Positions 40,479-50,315 of a stretch of 64,000 bases of DNA are shown in pieces. The first letter of the stretch is position 1. Each line of letters opens with the position of its first letter. A model generated the notes under the pieces. It was given only the letters and a program-made list of their open reading frames with translations. It was not told where the DNA came from and made no database searches. Source of the DNA: an uncultured Gemmatimonadales bacterium. GTDB taxonomy: Bacteria > Gemmatimonadota > Gemmatimonadetes > Palauibacterales > Palauibacteraceae. The translations under genes and the position numbers were made by a program. Location of the stretch: the NCBI GenBank assembly GCA_963783385.1, contig CAWANJ010000003.1, forward strand, positions 96,001-160,000, given 5' to 3'.

Positions 40479-42128
40479 TTGCTCCTCTTCCTGTCGCTCA
40501 CGGCCGTCTACCTGCTTCCGGCAGCGCACCCGGCCCTGTCCGCGCTCCTCGGCGTGGACACCGGCTGGCTGTGGAGCGTGCATCTCGTCCCCGTCGCCAT
40601 TCTCTCCTATCGGAACGGCGTATGGGGGGCGATTCCGGCGGTGCTCACCAGCGTCGTCCTGGTCCTCATCGGGGAGTTCGTGCTCGGGGGCGGAACCGTC
40701 GTCGGCCTGGACCCGTCGTCGGCCGATCTCCTCGCTCTCGCCACCAGCTTCTCGGACGCCCTCGTCGCCGCCCTGGCGCTGTATGCGAAGCGGAACGCGC
40801 GAGTCCTGCGTGCCGCCGCGTTCAGGGATCACCTCACCGGCCTTCCGAACCGGCGGTTGTTCCTGGATCGTCTCACACACCGGGTCGTCCAGGCCCGGCG
40901 CCATCCCCGGGACCGGTTCGGGATCCTCTTCCTCGACCTGGACAGCTTCAAGCTCATCAACGACAGCCTGGGACACGCGGTCGGAAACGAGGTCCTCCGG
41001 CGCACGGCCCGTCGCCTGGAGCGCAGCCTCCGCGACGTCGACACGGTGACGCGCTGGGGCGGCGACGAGTTCGTCGTCCTCCTGGACGAGGTCGAGGACG
41101 AGCAGGAGGCCACGATCGTGGTCCGGCGCATCTTCCACGCGCTCGAGCGCCCCATGGAGGTGGAGGGCTATCGGGTCCAGCTGGACGTGAGCGTGGGGGT
41201 GACACTGGGCACCGAGCACGACACGGACGCGGAGGCCCTCGTCGGTCAGGCCGACACGGCCATGTACCGCGCCAAGGGGCAGGGCAAGGGTCGAATCGCC
41301 GTGTTCACGCCTTCGATGCACGCGCAGGCGAGGACCCGCCTGGAGCTGGAGACGGAGCTCCAGGGCGCCATGGAGCGGGCCGAGTTCCTCCTCCACTACC
41401 AGCCACTGGTCTCCCTGGAGGACGGTGGCGTGGCGGGCCTGGAGGCCCTGGTGCGGTGGCGGCACCCGCGGCGCGGATTGCTGTCTCCCGCCGACTTCAT
41501 AGAGGTTGCCGAAGAGACGGCCGTGATCGTGCCGCTGGGGACGTTCGTGCTGCGAGAGGCGTGCCGCACGCTGGCCGGGTGGCGGCGTCGGCACGGGGAG
41601 CTGGACGGCCTGTCGATGGCCGTAAACGTATCGGCCCGACAGCTGTCGCGGAGCGACTTCGTGGAGCTGGTGGCGGAGGTGTGCCGCGAGTTCGAGCTGC
41701 CGCCCGGGTGCCTGCACCTGGAGATCACGGAGACGGTGCTGGTCGAGAACGCGGAGGCCGTCTCCCGGTCCCTCGACCGCCTGCGGAGCGTCGGCGTGAA
41801 GCTCTCCATCGACGACTTCGGGACCGGGTACTCGTCACTGGACTACCTGCACCGCTTCCCCGTCCGCCAGCTCAAGATCGACCGGTCCTTCGTGGAGCCG
41901 CTCCGCGATGGGCACCGAAACGCGGCCATCATCCGGGCCGTGGTGGCGCTCGGCCGCGAGCTGGGGATCCGAACCGTGGCGGAGGGGGTCGAGACCGAGC
42001 AGCAACGGGCCGTGGTCGAATCGGCGGGATGCGACTACGGACAGGGCTACCATTTCTTCCCGCCGCTGCTGCCCCAGGAGACCGAGACGCTGATCACCCG
42101 GATCGCGGCGGGGGTGGCCCGGGCGTAG
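40479..42128 (+). CDS. Membrane GGDEF-EAL protein, paralog B
   Basis: Collinear with paralog A; RWGGDEF, EALVRW, DDFGTGYSS. Confidence 0.9.
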   Translation: MLLFLSLTAVYLLPAAHPALSALLGVDTGWLWSVHLVPVAILSYRNGVWGAIPAVLTSVVLVLIGEFVLGGGTVVGLDPSSADLLALATSFSDALVAALALYAKRNARVLRAAAFRDHLTGLPNRRLFLDRLTHRVVQARRHPRDRFGILFLDLDSFKLINDSLGHAVGNEVLRRTARRLERSLRDVDTVTRWGGDEFVVLLDEVEDEQEATIVVRRIFHALERPMEVEGYRVQLDVSVGVTLGTEHDTDAEALVGQADTAMYRAKGQGKGRIAVFTPSMHAQARTRLELETELQGAMERAEFLLHYQPLVSLEDGGVAGLEALVRWRHPRRGLLSPADFIEVAEETAVIVPLGTFVLREACRTLAGWRRRHGELDGLSMAVNVSARQLSRSDFVELVAEVCREFELPPGCLHLEITETVLVENAEAVSRSLDRLRSVGVKLSIDDFGTGYSSLDYLHRFPVRQLKIDRSFVEPLRDGHRNAAIIRAVVALGRELGIRTVAEGVETEQQRAVVESAGCDYGQGYHFFPPLLPQETETLITRIAAGVARA

Positions 42129-42202
42129 ACGCGTCGGGGGAGGCGGGCGCGGTCCCGGCCTCTGAGGCCGGGACGGGCTGGCGTCGGCGGCCGCCGGCTG
42201 GC

Positions 42203-42979
42203 CTACAGAGAGCGCAGAAGCTCTGAGTGTACCGCCTTCGTCTGGGGAGAGGGGGTGACGCCCAGCTCCCGGGACATCAGGGTCCGGCAGGCCTCGTACA
42301 CGCGCAGCGCCTCGGCGGCGTTCCCGGCCGCGGCGTGCGCGCGCATCAGGAGGCGGTAGCCCGATTCCCGGAACGGACGGAAGGTCACCGCGTCGCGCGC
42401 GGCTTCGACGGCGAGCGGATACTCCTCGTTCCACAGGTAGACCCGGGCCCGGCACTCCAGGGCCCGGACCAGGATGGCGGCGAGCTTCTCCCGGCGTCGC
42501 TCGAACCACCGACCCTCCTCTCCCGGGAGAAAGGGTCGTCTGGCGATGTGGTGGGCCACGGCGGAGGGTCCGTAGGCGGCCGCGGGGTCGCCGCGTTTGA
42601 GGGACGTCTCCGCCTCGTGGATGGCGTCGCTCGCCACCTCGTGGTCGATCCATGCGCCCGTGGGAAGGAGGAGCTCGTAGCAGCCGCCCCCGGCCTCGAT
42701 CGAAGCGCCAGCGCAGAGTCCGGCGCCGGCGAGCAGCGTGCGCAGCTTGCTGACGATCGAGCTCAGGGAGGCGTCCCACGACGGCGGAGGGCCGGAAGGC
42801 CACAGCGCCTCCGCTAGGGCGTCTCGCGTGACCGGCGTGCTCCGGTGGCCGACCAGGAACGCGAAAGTGGCCCGGCCCTGCGGCCCGGGAAACGCGTCCG
42901 CTTCGAAACGAGTCCCGCCCGCGTCGACCGTCATGCGGCCGGAGAGGTACACGCGCAGGGTGACGGGCTCCAAGCTCAT
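42203..42979 (-). CDS. Small SARP/BTAD transcriptional activator
   Basis: wHTH (RDALAEALW..SLSSIVSKLR) followed by BTAD (PFRESGYRLLMRAH..GN.AEALRVY..ELGVTPS). Confidence 0.87.
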   Translation of the reverse strand: MSLEPVTLRVYLSGRMTVDAGGTRFEADAFPGPQGRATFAFLVGHRSTPVTRDALAEALWPSGPPPSWDASLSSIVSKLRTLLAGAGLCAGASIEAGGGCYELLLPTGAWIDHEVASDAIHEAETSLKRGDPAAAYGPSAVAHHIARRPFLPGEEGRWFERRREKLAAILVRALECRARVYLWNEEYPLAVEAARDAVTFRPFRESGYRLLMRAHAAAGNAAEALRVYEACRTLMSRELGVTPSPQTKAVHSELLRSL

Positions 42980-43023
42980 TCCAAGCTCCTGCCAAACGTC
43001 CGGCAACCCCGGTTGCGTATTAT
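42970..43023 (+). promoter_or_regulatory. 11-bp-period direct repeats and -10 box (putative SARP-activated promoter)
   Basis: CCAAGCT (42970), CCAAGCT (42981), CCAAACG (42992), GCAACCC (43003), then TATTAT at 43018. Confidence 0.6.
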
Positions 43024-43077
43024 CAACCCGTCGGCGACCGGTGACAACGGAACACCCCCCGCGAAGGGAGCCAAACG

Positions 43078-43230
43078 ATGGCGAGCAAGCAGGTGTCCTG
43101 CGACTGCGGCAAGGTCATTCGAGAGGAGACGGACGAGGCGCTCGTCGCGGCCGTGCAGGAGCACGCGAGCGACGTTCACGACATGGACCTGACCCGCGAG
43201 CAGGTCCTCTCCATGGCCGAGCCGGTCTGA
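43078..43230 (+). CDS. DUF1059-like small protein, 50 aa (absent from the ORF track)
   Basis: GGGAG RBS; MASKQVSCDCGKVIREETDEALVAAVQEHASDVHDMDLTREQVLSMAEPV; CxC and HxxxxH. Confidence 0.8.
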   Translation: MASKQVSCDCGKVIREETDEALVAAVQEHASDVHDMDLTREQVLSMAEPV

Positions 43231-43332
43231 GGGCACGCCCGGCCGCCGGTCCACGGCGGCCGGGCGCCCGCGTCACGGGGCCGGGTTCCGGCCAGCGGCC
43301 GGGCCCAGGCCGGCTTCTCCGGGCCGCCCTCC

Positions 43333-44217
43333 CTATGCGTAGAGGATGCGCGCCACCTCCTCGAGCCGGTCGACGCCCCTGACCTCGTAGGGGAACAGCG
43401 GGACCTCCTGCATCCGGAGGTCCGGATAGGCATCGCGCAGTCGGCGGAGCTGCACCGCCTGGCCCTCCGCCTTTCGGCGCAGGAACTCGGAGTCCCGCGT
43501 CTTCACGACGTTGTTCACGACCAGTCGGTGCACGTCCAGACCGTGCGTCCGCATTTCGGCGAACGCGCCCTCGAGCTGGTCCACGGCCAGGGCCTCGGGA
43601 ATCGTGACCATCGTGAAGCCGACGCGTTCCCGCAGGAAGGCCATGCACGCCTCCGCTAGCTCCTGCCAGCGCCGCAGAACCTCCAGGATCGACTCACGCC
43701 CCTCACCCGATGTGCGGATCCGCGAGTAGATGCGCGGCGCCATCCGTAGGTGCTCGCCCAGGAGCGCCGGCGTCTCCAGGAGCGCGAGCGTCTGCCCGAG
43801 AGGCGCCGTGTCCCACACGATGCGGCCGTAGGCCCCTTCCTCCGCCAGGCGGCGGATGTGGTCCACCATGAACTCCTCGTTCAGGCCCGGGAGCACCGAG
43901 GTCATGAAGGCCACGAAGGTCGGATAGTCCACGTCCACGAAGGCGGAGAACACCGCGTACACGTCGCGTCCGAAGCGCTCGTCCCACATGCGCCGCACCT
44001 CGTCCAGGCCGAGCTCCAGGATGTCGAGCCCGGGCCGGATTTCGCGGGCTCCCGCCGGGTCGGCGCTCCGCTCCTGCCTCGGCAGGCCGAAGATATGCGA
44101 GAGGGAGGGTGTGGGATCGGTCGAGATCGCCAGGGTACGCTGGCCTCGGCCGGCGACGTGCAGGGCCGTGGCGGCGGCGCAGGTGGTCTTGCCGACCCCG
44201 CCCTTGCCGATGAACAC
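43333..44217 (-). CDS. ArsA/GET3-family ATPase, single domain (start uncertain)
   Basis: GKGGVGKTT, STDPTPSL, WDTAPLGQT, VTIPE, VVNNV. Confidence 0.85.
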   Translation of the reverse strand: MFIGKGGVGKTTCAAATALHVAGRGQRTLAISTDPTPSLSHIFGLPRQERSADPAGAREIRPGLDILELGLDEVRRMWDERFGRDVYAVFSAFVDVDYPTFVAFMTSVLPGLNEEFMVDHIRRLAEEGAYGRIVWDTAPLGQTLALLETPALLGEHLRMAPRIYSRIRTSGEGRESILEVLRRWQELAEACMAFLRERVGFTMVTIPEALAVDQLEGAFAEMRTHGLDVHRLVVNNVVKTRDSEFLRRKAEGQAVQLRRLRDAYPDLRMQEVPLFPYEVRGVDRLEEVARILYA

Positions 44218-44560
44218 GTGGACCGCCTGGTCCGCGGGCGGCGGCGCGAGAGGCTCGGATCGGTCGGTGGCCGGCAGGGCGATCTCCGGGCGTGAGGGGC
44301 GGCGATGCCGGGCCCCGGGGATGTCCTCTCGCGGCCCGCCGACGACGTCCCACGTGCAGCACCGCCCGTGCCACGGCCCACGCCGCGAGGGGCGCCCTCC
44401 TGTACCGGTTCGTTACGGTCCCGTCACGGGCTCGAGCGGGATGGCCGGGAAATTGAAGGATCTATGATTCCGGGTCGATCCATCACTGGACCCGAGACCG
44501 GCGGGGGCCGCAGCGTGCACTGGGCCCCCGCGAGCGAACCTCCGAGACCGCCGGGGACTG

Positions 44561-46165
44561 ATGACGAGGTCACACACCGCGGCCGCGCAGGCTACCGACG
44601 CCGGAGTGGACTTCCCGCTGCGCGTCGCCGCCATCGACGTGGGTTCGAACGCCATCCGCTACGTCGCGGCGGAGTTCGCCTCCCCCGGGGACTTCGTGGC
44701 CATCGACGCCGTGCGCGTGCCCGTGCGTCTGGGTCACAGCGTGTTCCTCTCGGGCCACCTGGCGGAGTCGGCCATGGACGAAGCGCTCGCGGCCTTCCGC
44801 GGCTTCCGGGAGCGCATGGAGCGGGACGAGGTTGGACAGGTCCGGGCCGTGGCCACCAGCGCCGTCCGCGAGAGCCGAAACGGCGACGCGTTCATCGAGC
44901 GGGTGCGGCGCGAGACGGAGATCCCGCTGGTCGCGATCACCGGCAACGAGGAGGCCCGCCTGGTGTGGACGGCGGTCCGCAGCCGGCTCGACCTCGGGCG
45001 GACCAAGTGGATGCTGGTCGACGTCGGTGGGGGCAGCGTGGAGGTCTCGCTCGTCGACGACGCGGGCCTCCTGTGGTTCGAATCCCACCGCATGGGCACC
45101 GTGCGGCTCCTGGAGGAGCTGGCCGAGCACCCGGAGTCGCCGGCGCGCTTCCGCGAGCTCCTGGCCGAGTACGCCTCGACGCTGCGTATCCCGGCCGCGG
45201 CCCGCCACTGGAACCCCGCGGGCCTCATCGCGACGGGCGGGAACATCGAGGAGCTGGCCGAGCTGGCGGGCGCCCGCCCGGACGAGCGGGGCGTGAGCCG
45301 GCTCCCTGTGTCCGACATGCGGCGGGTGATGGACCAGCTGGCGCGGATGTCGTACGCCGAGCGCATCGAGGAGCTCGGCCTGCGGGAGGACCGGGCGGAC
45401 GTGATTCTCCCGGCCGCGGTCGTCTACGAACGCCTCGCCACCCTGGCCGGCGCGCGCGAGATGGTCGTCCCGAACCTCGGCGTGAAGGAGGGCGCGCTCC
45501 TGGACCTGGTCGACGAGCTCACCACGGGTGTCGCGCACCAGGACCGCCGGGAGCGACTGGTGCGGAGTGGGGCGCTCAGTCTGGGCCGCCGCTACCTGTT
45601 CGATGAGGAGCACGGCCGCCACGTGGCGCGCCTGGCGCTGGCGCTGTTCGACCGCCTGGCGGAGGTCCACGAGCTGGGTCCGGACGACCGGCGCCTCCTG
45701 CTCGCCTCGGCGCTCCTCCACGACGTGGGCCAGTACGTCTCCTACCGGAAGCACCACAAGCACTCGGCCTACCTCATCGTGCACTCGGAGCTACCGGGCA
45801 TCGCTCCCCGGGAGCTTCCGCTGGTGGCGCTGGTGGCCCGCTACCACCGGCGCGCCGGACCCAAGGATGCCCACTACCTGTTCGGGGACCTGGACGATTC
45901 CGAGAAGGACCGCGTGATCCGGCTGGCCGCGCTCCTCAGGGTGGCCGACGCCCTGGACCGCGAGCACCTGCAGCGCGTGGGCGACATGCAGCCCCGGGTC
46001 ATGGATGGGCGCCTGGAGCTGAGGCCCGAAGGAGAGGGGGACTTCCTGCTCGAGAAATGGGCGCTGGAGAAGAAGGGAAGGATGTTCGCCGACGTCTTCG
46101 GTCTCGAGCCCGTGCTCCTCGCGCCCGACCGCCCGGTGCGGCGGGGACCCAGGCTCCGGCGGTGA
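44561..46165 (+). CDS. ppx: Exopolyphosphatase Ppx/GppA with HD domain
   Basis: AAIDVGSNAIR, ATSAVRE, DVGGGSVE, RADVI, LLHDVG. Confidence 0.9.
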   Translation: MTRSHTAAAQATDAGVDFPLRVAAIDVGSNAIRYVAAEFASPGDFVAIDAVRVPVRLGHSVFLSGHLAESAMDEALAAFRGFRERMERDEVGQVRAVATSAVRESRNGDAFIERVRRETEIPLVAITGNEEARLVWTAVRSRLDLGRTKWMLVDVGGGSVEVSLVDDAGLLWFESHRMGTVRLLEELAEHPESPARFRELLAEYASTLRIPAAARHWNPAGLIATGGNIEELAELAGARPDERGVSRLPVSDMRRVMDQLARMSYAERIEELGLREDRADVILPAAVVYERLATLAGAREMVVPNLGVKEGALLDLVDELTTGVAHQDRRERLVRSGALSLGRRYLFDEEHGRHVARLALALFDRLAEVHELGPDDRRLLLASALLHDVGQYVSYRKHHKHSAYLIVHSELPGIAPRELPLVALVARYHRRAGPKDAHYLFGDLDDSEKDRVIRLAALLRVADALDREHLQRVGDMQPRVMDGRLELRPEGEGDFLLEKWALEKKGRMFADVFGLEPVLLAPDRPVRRGPRLRR

Positions 46166-48378
46166 GCGCTCTCCCGGACTTCGAGATCCCGTGGGCGGTG
46201 CGTCCCCGAGAGGTCCCGGCCGACGCCGGGCCGGGCGACCCGTCGCTCTTCCTGAACAGCGAGCTGAGCTGGATCGACTTCAACTGGCGCGTCCTGCATC
46301 AGGCCCTCGACACCCGCCATCCGCTCCAGGAGCGGGTGCGCTTCCTGGCCATCACGGCCACGAACCTGGACGAGTTCTTCATGAAGCGGGTAGGCGGCCT
46401 CATGCGGCAGCGCGAGGCCGGGGTCGTGCAGCCCTCGCCGGACGGCCGCACGCCCGCCGAGCAGCTAGAGCTGGTACAGGAGGCGGCGCACATCGTGTAC
46501 TCCAGGATCAGCGAGACGTGGGAGAGGGACCTGCGCGGTCGCCTGGCCGAGGAGGTCGGCCTCGTGGTCCGGGACTACGACAGCCTGGGCGAGGACGAGA
46601 AGCGCCGACTCCACGACCGGTTCCGGAGCACGATCTATCCGGTCCTCACGCCGCTGGCCGTCGACCCGGGGCACCCCTTCCCGTTCATCTCCAACATGAG
46701 CCTCTCGCTGGCCGTTGTCCTCCGGCACCCGCAGCGCGACACGGTCCACTTCGCGCGCCTCAAGATCCCCCGGAACCAGGCGCGCTGGATCGAGCTCGAC
46801 GAGCCCGGTCACGTCCTGCCGATCGAGCAGCTCGTGCGCACGCACGTGGACGAGCTGTTCCGCGGCATGGAGGTCGAGAGCGCGCACCTGTTCCGCGTCA
46901 CCCGAAACGCGGACATGCGCCGGGACGAGGAGGAGGCGGAGGACCTCCTCAGGATGATCTCCGAGGAGCTGCGCGAACGACGGTTCGCCCAGGTCGTCAG
47001 GCTCGAGATCGAGCGCTCCATGCCCGACACCGTGTTGGAGCTCCTGCTTCGCGAGCTGGACCTGACGAAGCGGGACGTCTACCGGGTGGACGGCCAACTC
47101 GACTTCTCCGATCTGCACGCCCTGGCGGACGCCAACGGCGCGGCCCACCGGTTCGAGCCCTGGGAGCCGGTCATTCCGGCCCGCGTGCTACGGGAGGGCG
47201 AGTCCGAGGACGTGCCCGACATCTTCGCGGTGATCCGCTCCGGCGACCTGATGGTGCACCATCCGTACGATTCCTTCGCCGCCACGGTCCTGCGCTTCGT
47301 CGAGGAGGCCGCCGTGGACCCGCGCGTGCTGGCCATCAAGCAGACCATCTACCGGACCTCCCAGCATTCGCCGATCGTCGACGCGCTCATCCGGGCGGCC
47401 GAGAACGGGAAGCAGGTGGCGGTCCTCGTCGAGGTCACCGCCCGGTTCGACGAGGAGGAGAACATCGAGTGGGGACAGATGCTCGAGCATGCCGGCGTGC
47501 ACGTCACGTACGGGCTCGTGGGCCTGAAGACCCACGCCAAGGTGACGCTCGTCGTGCGGGCCGATCCGGATGGCATCCGGGCCTACACCCACATCGGGAC
47601 GGGGAACTACCACTCCGGCACGGCCCGCCAGTACACGGACATCGGGATCCTCACCAGCCGACCCGAGGTCGCCTTCGACGTCGTGAACCTGTTCCACTAC
47701 CTCACGGGCTACGCGCCCGAGCAGGAGTACCGGCGGCTCATCGTGGCGCCCCGGGACATGAGGCGGCAGTGGGAGGAGCTGATCGACGCCGAGATCGAGC
47801 ACCAGCGCGAGCGCGGCACCGGTTGCATCATCGCGAAGATGAACGGCCTCGACGACGTGGGCATGATCGAGCACCTGTACCGTGCGTCGGAGGCCGGCGT
47901 GCCCGTGGACCTCGTGGTGCGCGGCATCTGCCGGATCCGCCCGGGCCTGTCCCGCTGGAGCGAGAACATCCGCGTGGTGTCGATCGTGGGGCGGTTCCTG
48001 GAGCACGACCGGATCTTCTACTTCCACAACGACGGCGCGCCGAGGTTGTTCATCGGGAGCGCGGACTGGCGGCGCCGCAACCTGGAGGGTCGCGTGGAGG
48101 CGGCGCTGGAGGTCGACGATCCGGCGATCAAGGAGCGGCTGAGGCACATCCTGGACCTGGCGCTGGTTGACGATCGGCTGGCCTGGGACCTGGCGGCGGA
48201 CGGGAGCTGGACGCAGCGACGTCCCACGCCCGGCGAGGACGCCCACAACTTCCACGAGATCCTCATGAAGGAGGCCCGCGAGCGGCGGCTCGAGGAGGAC
48301 CGGCCCTGGGAGATCGAGCCCGGGACACCGGTCGTCCGCCGGCATCCGAGGGAGGGGTCGGCGCGTGGCCGGAGATGA
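46162..48378 (+). CDS. ppk1: Polyphosphate kinase 1
   Basis: ELSWIDFNWRVL, NLDEFFMKRV, HPFPFISN, HHPY, KTHAK, HIGTGNY, RFLEH. Confidence 0.95.
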   Translation: MSALPDFEIPWAVRPREVPADAGPGDPSLFLNSELSWIDFNWRVLHQALDTRHPLQERVRFLAITATNLDEFFMKRVGGLMRQREAGVVQPSPDGRTPAEQLELVQEAAHIVYSRISETWERDLRGRLAEEVGLVVRDYDSLGEDEKRRLHDRFRSTIYPVLTPLAVDPGHPFPFISNMSLSLAVVLRHPQRDTVHFARLKIPRNQARWIELDEPGHVLPIEQLVRTHVDELFRGMEVESAHLFRVTRNADMRRDEEEAEDLLRMISEELRERRFAQVVRLEIERSMPDTVLELLLRELDLTKRDVYRVDGQLDFSDLHALADANGAAHRFEPWEPVIPARVLREGESEDVPDIFAVIRSGDLMVHHPYDSFAATVLRFVEEAAVDPRVLAIKQTIYRTSQHSPIVDALIRAAENGKQVAVLVEVTARFDEEENIEWGQMLEHAGVHVTYGLVGLKTHAKVTLVVRADPDGIRAYTHIGTGNYHSGTARQYTDIGILTSRPEVAFDVVNLFHYLTGYAPEQEYRRLIVAPRDMRRQWEELIDAEIEHQRERGTGCIIAKMNGLDDVGMIEHLYRASEAGVPVDLVVRGICRIRPGLSRWSENIRVVSIVGRFLEHDRIFYFHNDGAPRLFIGSADWRRRNLEGRVEAALEVDDPAIKERLRHILDLALVDDRLAWDLAADGSWTQRRPTPGEDAHNFHEILMKEARERRLEEDRPWEIEPGTPVVRRHPREGSARGRR

Positions 48379-48799
48379 GGGACTTCGGCGCCGCGGCGAA
48401 GTCCCGGGCCTGCCCGACGGGGTGAGCCCGCTGGAGCGGGCCCTGGCGCTCGCTCTCCGCGCCCACGCCGGTCAGCGGAAGCGAGACACCGACCCGTTCA
48501 TCCTGCACGACGTGGTCGAGAAGAGCGACTGGACCCTCGAGGGACTGCGAGCGCAGGGCTTCTCCGACCCGGTCGTGCGGGCCGTCGACGCTCTCACGAA
48601 GCGGGAGGGGGAGAGCTACGAGACGCTCGTGGAGCGCGCCGCCTCGAACCCACTGGCCCGGGACGTCAAGCGCGCGGACCTGGCGGACAACATCGTCCGG
48701 GCCCGCGCCGCGCTCCGGTCCGCCCCGGAGTCCAGCGAGGCCCGCGCGCGCCTGGAGCGCTACGAACGGGCCAGAGCGCGCCTCACCTGGGGTCCGTGA
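48365..48799 (+). pseudogene. Small HD-domain (Mesh1/SAH-like) hydrolase with an apparent in-frame internal deletion
   Basis: AHAGQ..PFILH joined directly to DVVE; LTKREGESY; VKRADLADN; the segment normally between the two LH motifs is missing. Confidence 0.55.
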
Positions 48800-49478
48800 A
48801 GCCACCCGGGCTGTCTTCGCTGGCCGTGAACGCCGCCGTCCGCTCCGGGCTGGCCTCGGACAGGGCTCGGCGCACACCGTCCGCGTCGAGGTTGGTTCCG
48901 TAGACGGGTGTCCCGGGCTGCTGTCCCCAGGACTCGTCCAGGCTCCCGGCATCGACCGGGTCGAAGCCCAGTTCGTCCACCAGCTCCACGACCACCGCCT
49001 TCGCGTCGGGATCGTCGCCGGCGACCGGGAGCGCGATCCGATCGGGGTCGCTCTTCGGACGACCGAGCTCCATCAGGTGGGCGGCGTGGATGTTGTTGAA
49101 CGCCTTCACCACGGGCCGGCCGAGCTGCTCGGACACCCAGCGGCTCTCGGTCATCCCCTGCTCGATGCCGGCGATGCGCCCGTCGCGCTGGCGCGGGTAA
49201 TAGTTGCCCGTGTCGACGACGACCACGTCATCCGGGACGCCCTCGAACAGGTCGTCGGGCAGGTCGGGGATGGCGGCCTCCGGGATCGTGACGATGACGA
49301 TCTTCCCGGAGCGCGCCGCCTCGCGGGCCCACACGGCGCGGGCGCCGGTCTCCCGGGCCAGGTCGGCCAGCGTCGCCGGATCCCTGGAGTTGGCCACGGA
49401 GACCTCGTGCCCCAACTCCGTGAGCCTCCGGGTGAGCGTGCCGCCGATCTGCCCCGCTCCGATGATGCCGATGCTCAT
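48783..49478 (-). CDS. NADP oxidoreductase / F420-reductase-like Rossmann protein
   Basis: IGIIGAGQIG, ANSR, DTGNYYP, VVKAFNNI, QQPGTPVY. Confidence 0.88.
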   Translation of the reverse strand: MSIGIIGAGQIGGTLTRRLTELGHEVSVANSRDPATLADLARETGARAVWAREAARSGKIVIVTIPEAAIPDLPDDLFEGVPDDVVVVDTGNYYPRQRDGRIAGIEQGMTESRWVSEQLGRPVVKAFNNIHAAHLMELGRPKSDPDRIALPVAGDDPDAKAVVVELVDELGFDPVDAGSLDESWGQQPGTPVYGTNLDADGVRRALSEASPERTAAFTASEDSPGGFTDPR

Positions 49479-50044
49479 CGTACTGGCGCCTTCTCGCGCA
49501 GGATCCGCATGAACTCCCGCATCCAGGCCGGGTGGTCGGGCCAGGCCCGGGCCGAGACCATGGCGCCGTCCACCACCGCGGAGGAGTCCACGAACGTGGC
49601 GCCGGCCCGCTCGACGTCCGGGGCGATGGCCGGGTAGGCGGCCGTGCGCCTGCCCTCGAGGACCCCCGCTGCCGCCAGGCCGAGGCCGGCGTGGCAGATC
49701 TGGGCCACGGGCCTGTCCTCGTCGAAGAAGTGGCGCACGATGCGGATGAAGTCCGGGTCGTTCCGGATGTACTCGGGGGCGCGCCCTCCGGGGATGACCA
49801 GGGCCGCGTAGTCGGCCGGGTCCACGTCCGCGAACGCGAGATCGGCGTCCCACGAGTAGCCGGCCTTCTCGGTGTACGTGTCGAACCCGGGCTCGAAGTC
49901 GTGCACCACGAAGTGGAGCTTCTTCTTCGAAGGCGCCGCGATGTCGACCTCGTAGCCCTCCTCCAGCAGACGCTGGTAGGGGTACATGACCTCGAGCGAC
50001 TCGGCGGCGTCTCCGGTCAGGATCAGAATCTTCGGGGCGGGCAT
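49475..50044 (-). CDS. DJ-1/PfpI family protein
   Basis: ESLEV, IPGGRAPEY, AQICH, SARAWPD. Confidence 0.92.
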   Translation of the reverse strand: MPAPKILILTGDAAESLEVMYPYQRLLEEGYEVDIAAPSKKKLHFVVHDFEPGFDTYTEKAGYSWDADLAFADVDPADYAALVIPGGRAPEYIRNDPDFIRIVRHFFDEDRPVAQICHAGLGLAAAGVLEGRRTAAYPAIAPDVERAGATFVDSSAVVDGAMVSARAWPDHPAWMREFMRILREKAPVR

Positions 50045-50315
50045 CGGGGCTCCTCCTTCTCGGCTCGGCGGCTGAGGGGTCCTGGACCAGCTTCTCGCCT
50101 CCGTCCCGTTGCGATGGTCGTGCCACGGACGGACGCGGGGCGCGAGAGAGGCCTCGGTCGCGGGAGCCCGAGCGCGGCCGAGGTGAACGACCTGGAGACG
50201 CTCCCCACTCGGAACTCGGTGACGGGCGTCGCCGCCGCAAAACCTGAACGAACGGCGAGTCGTGGATTCCGGTGTCGAGGATGGCGCGGTCTCTGCCCTC
50301 GCGGAAGCAGTGCGG

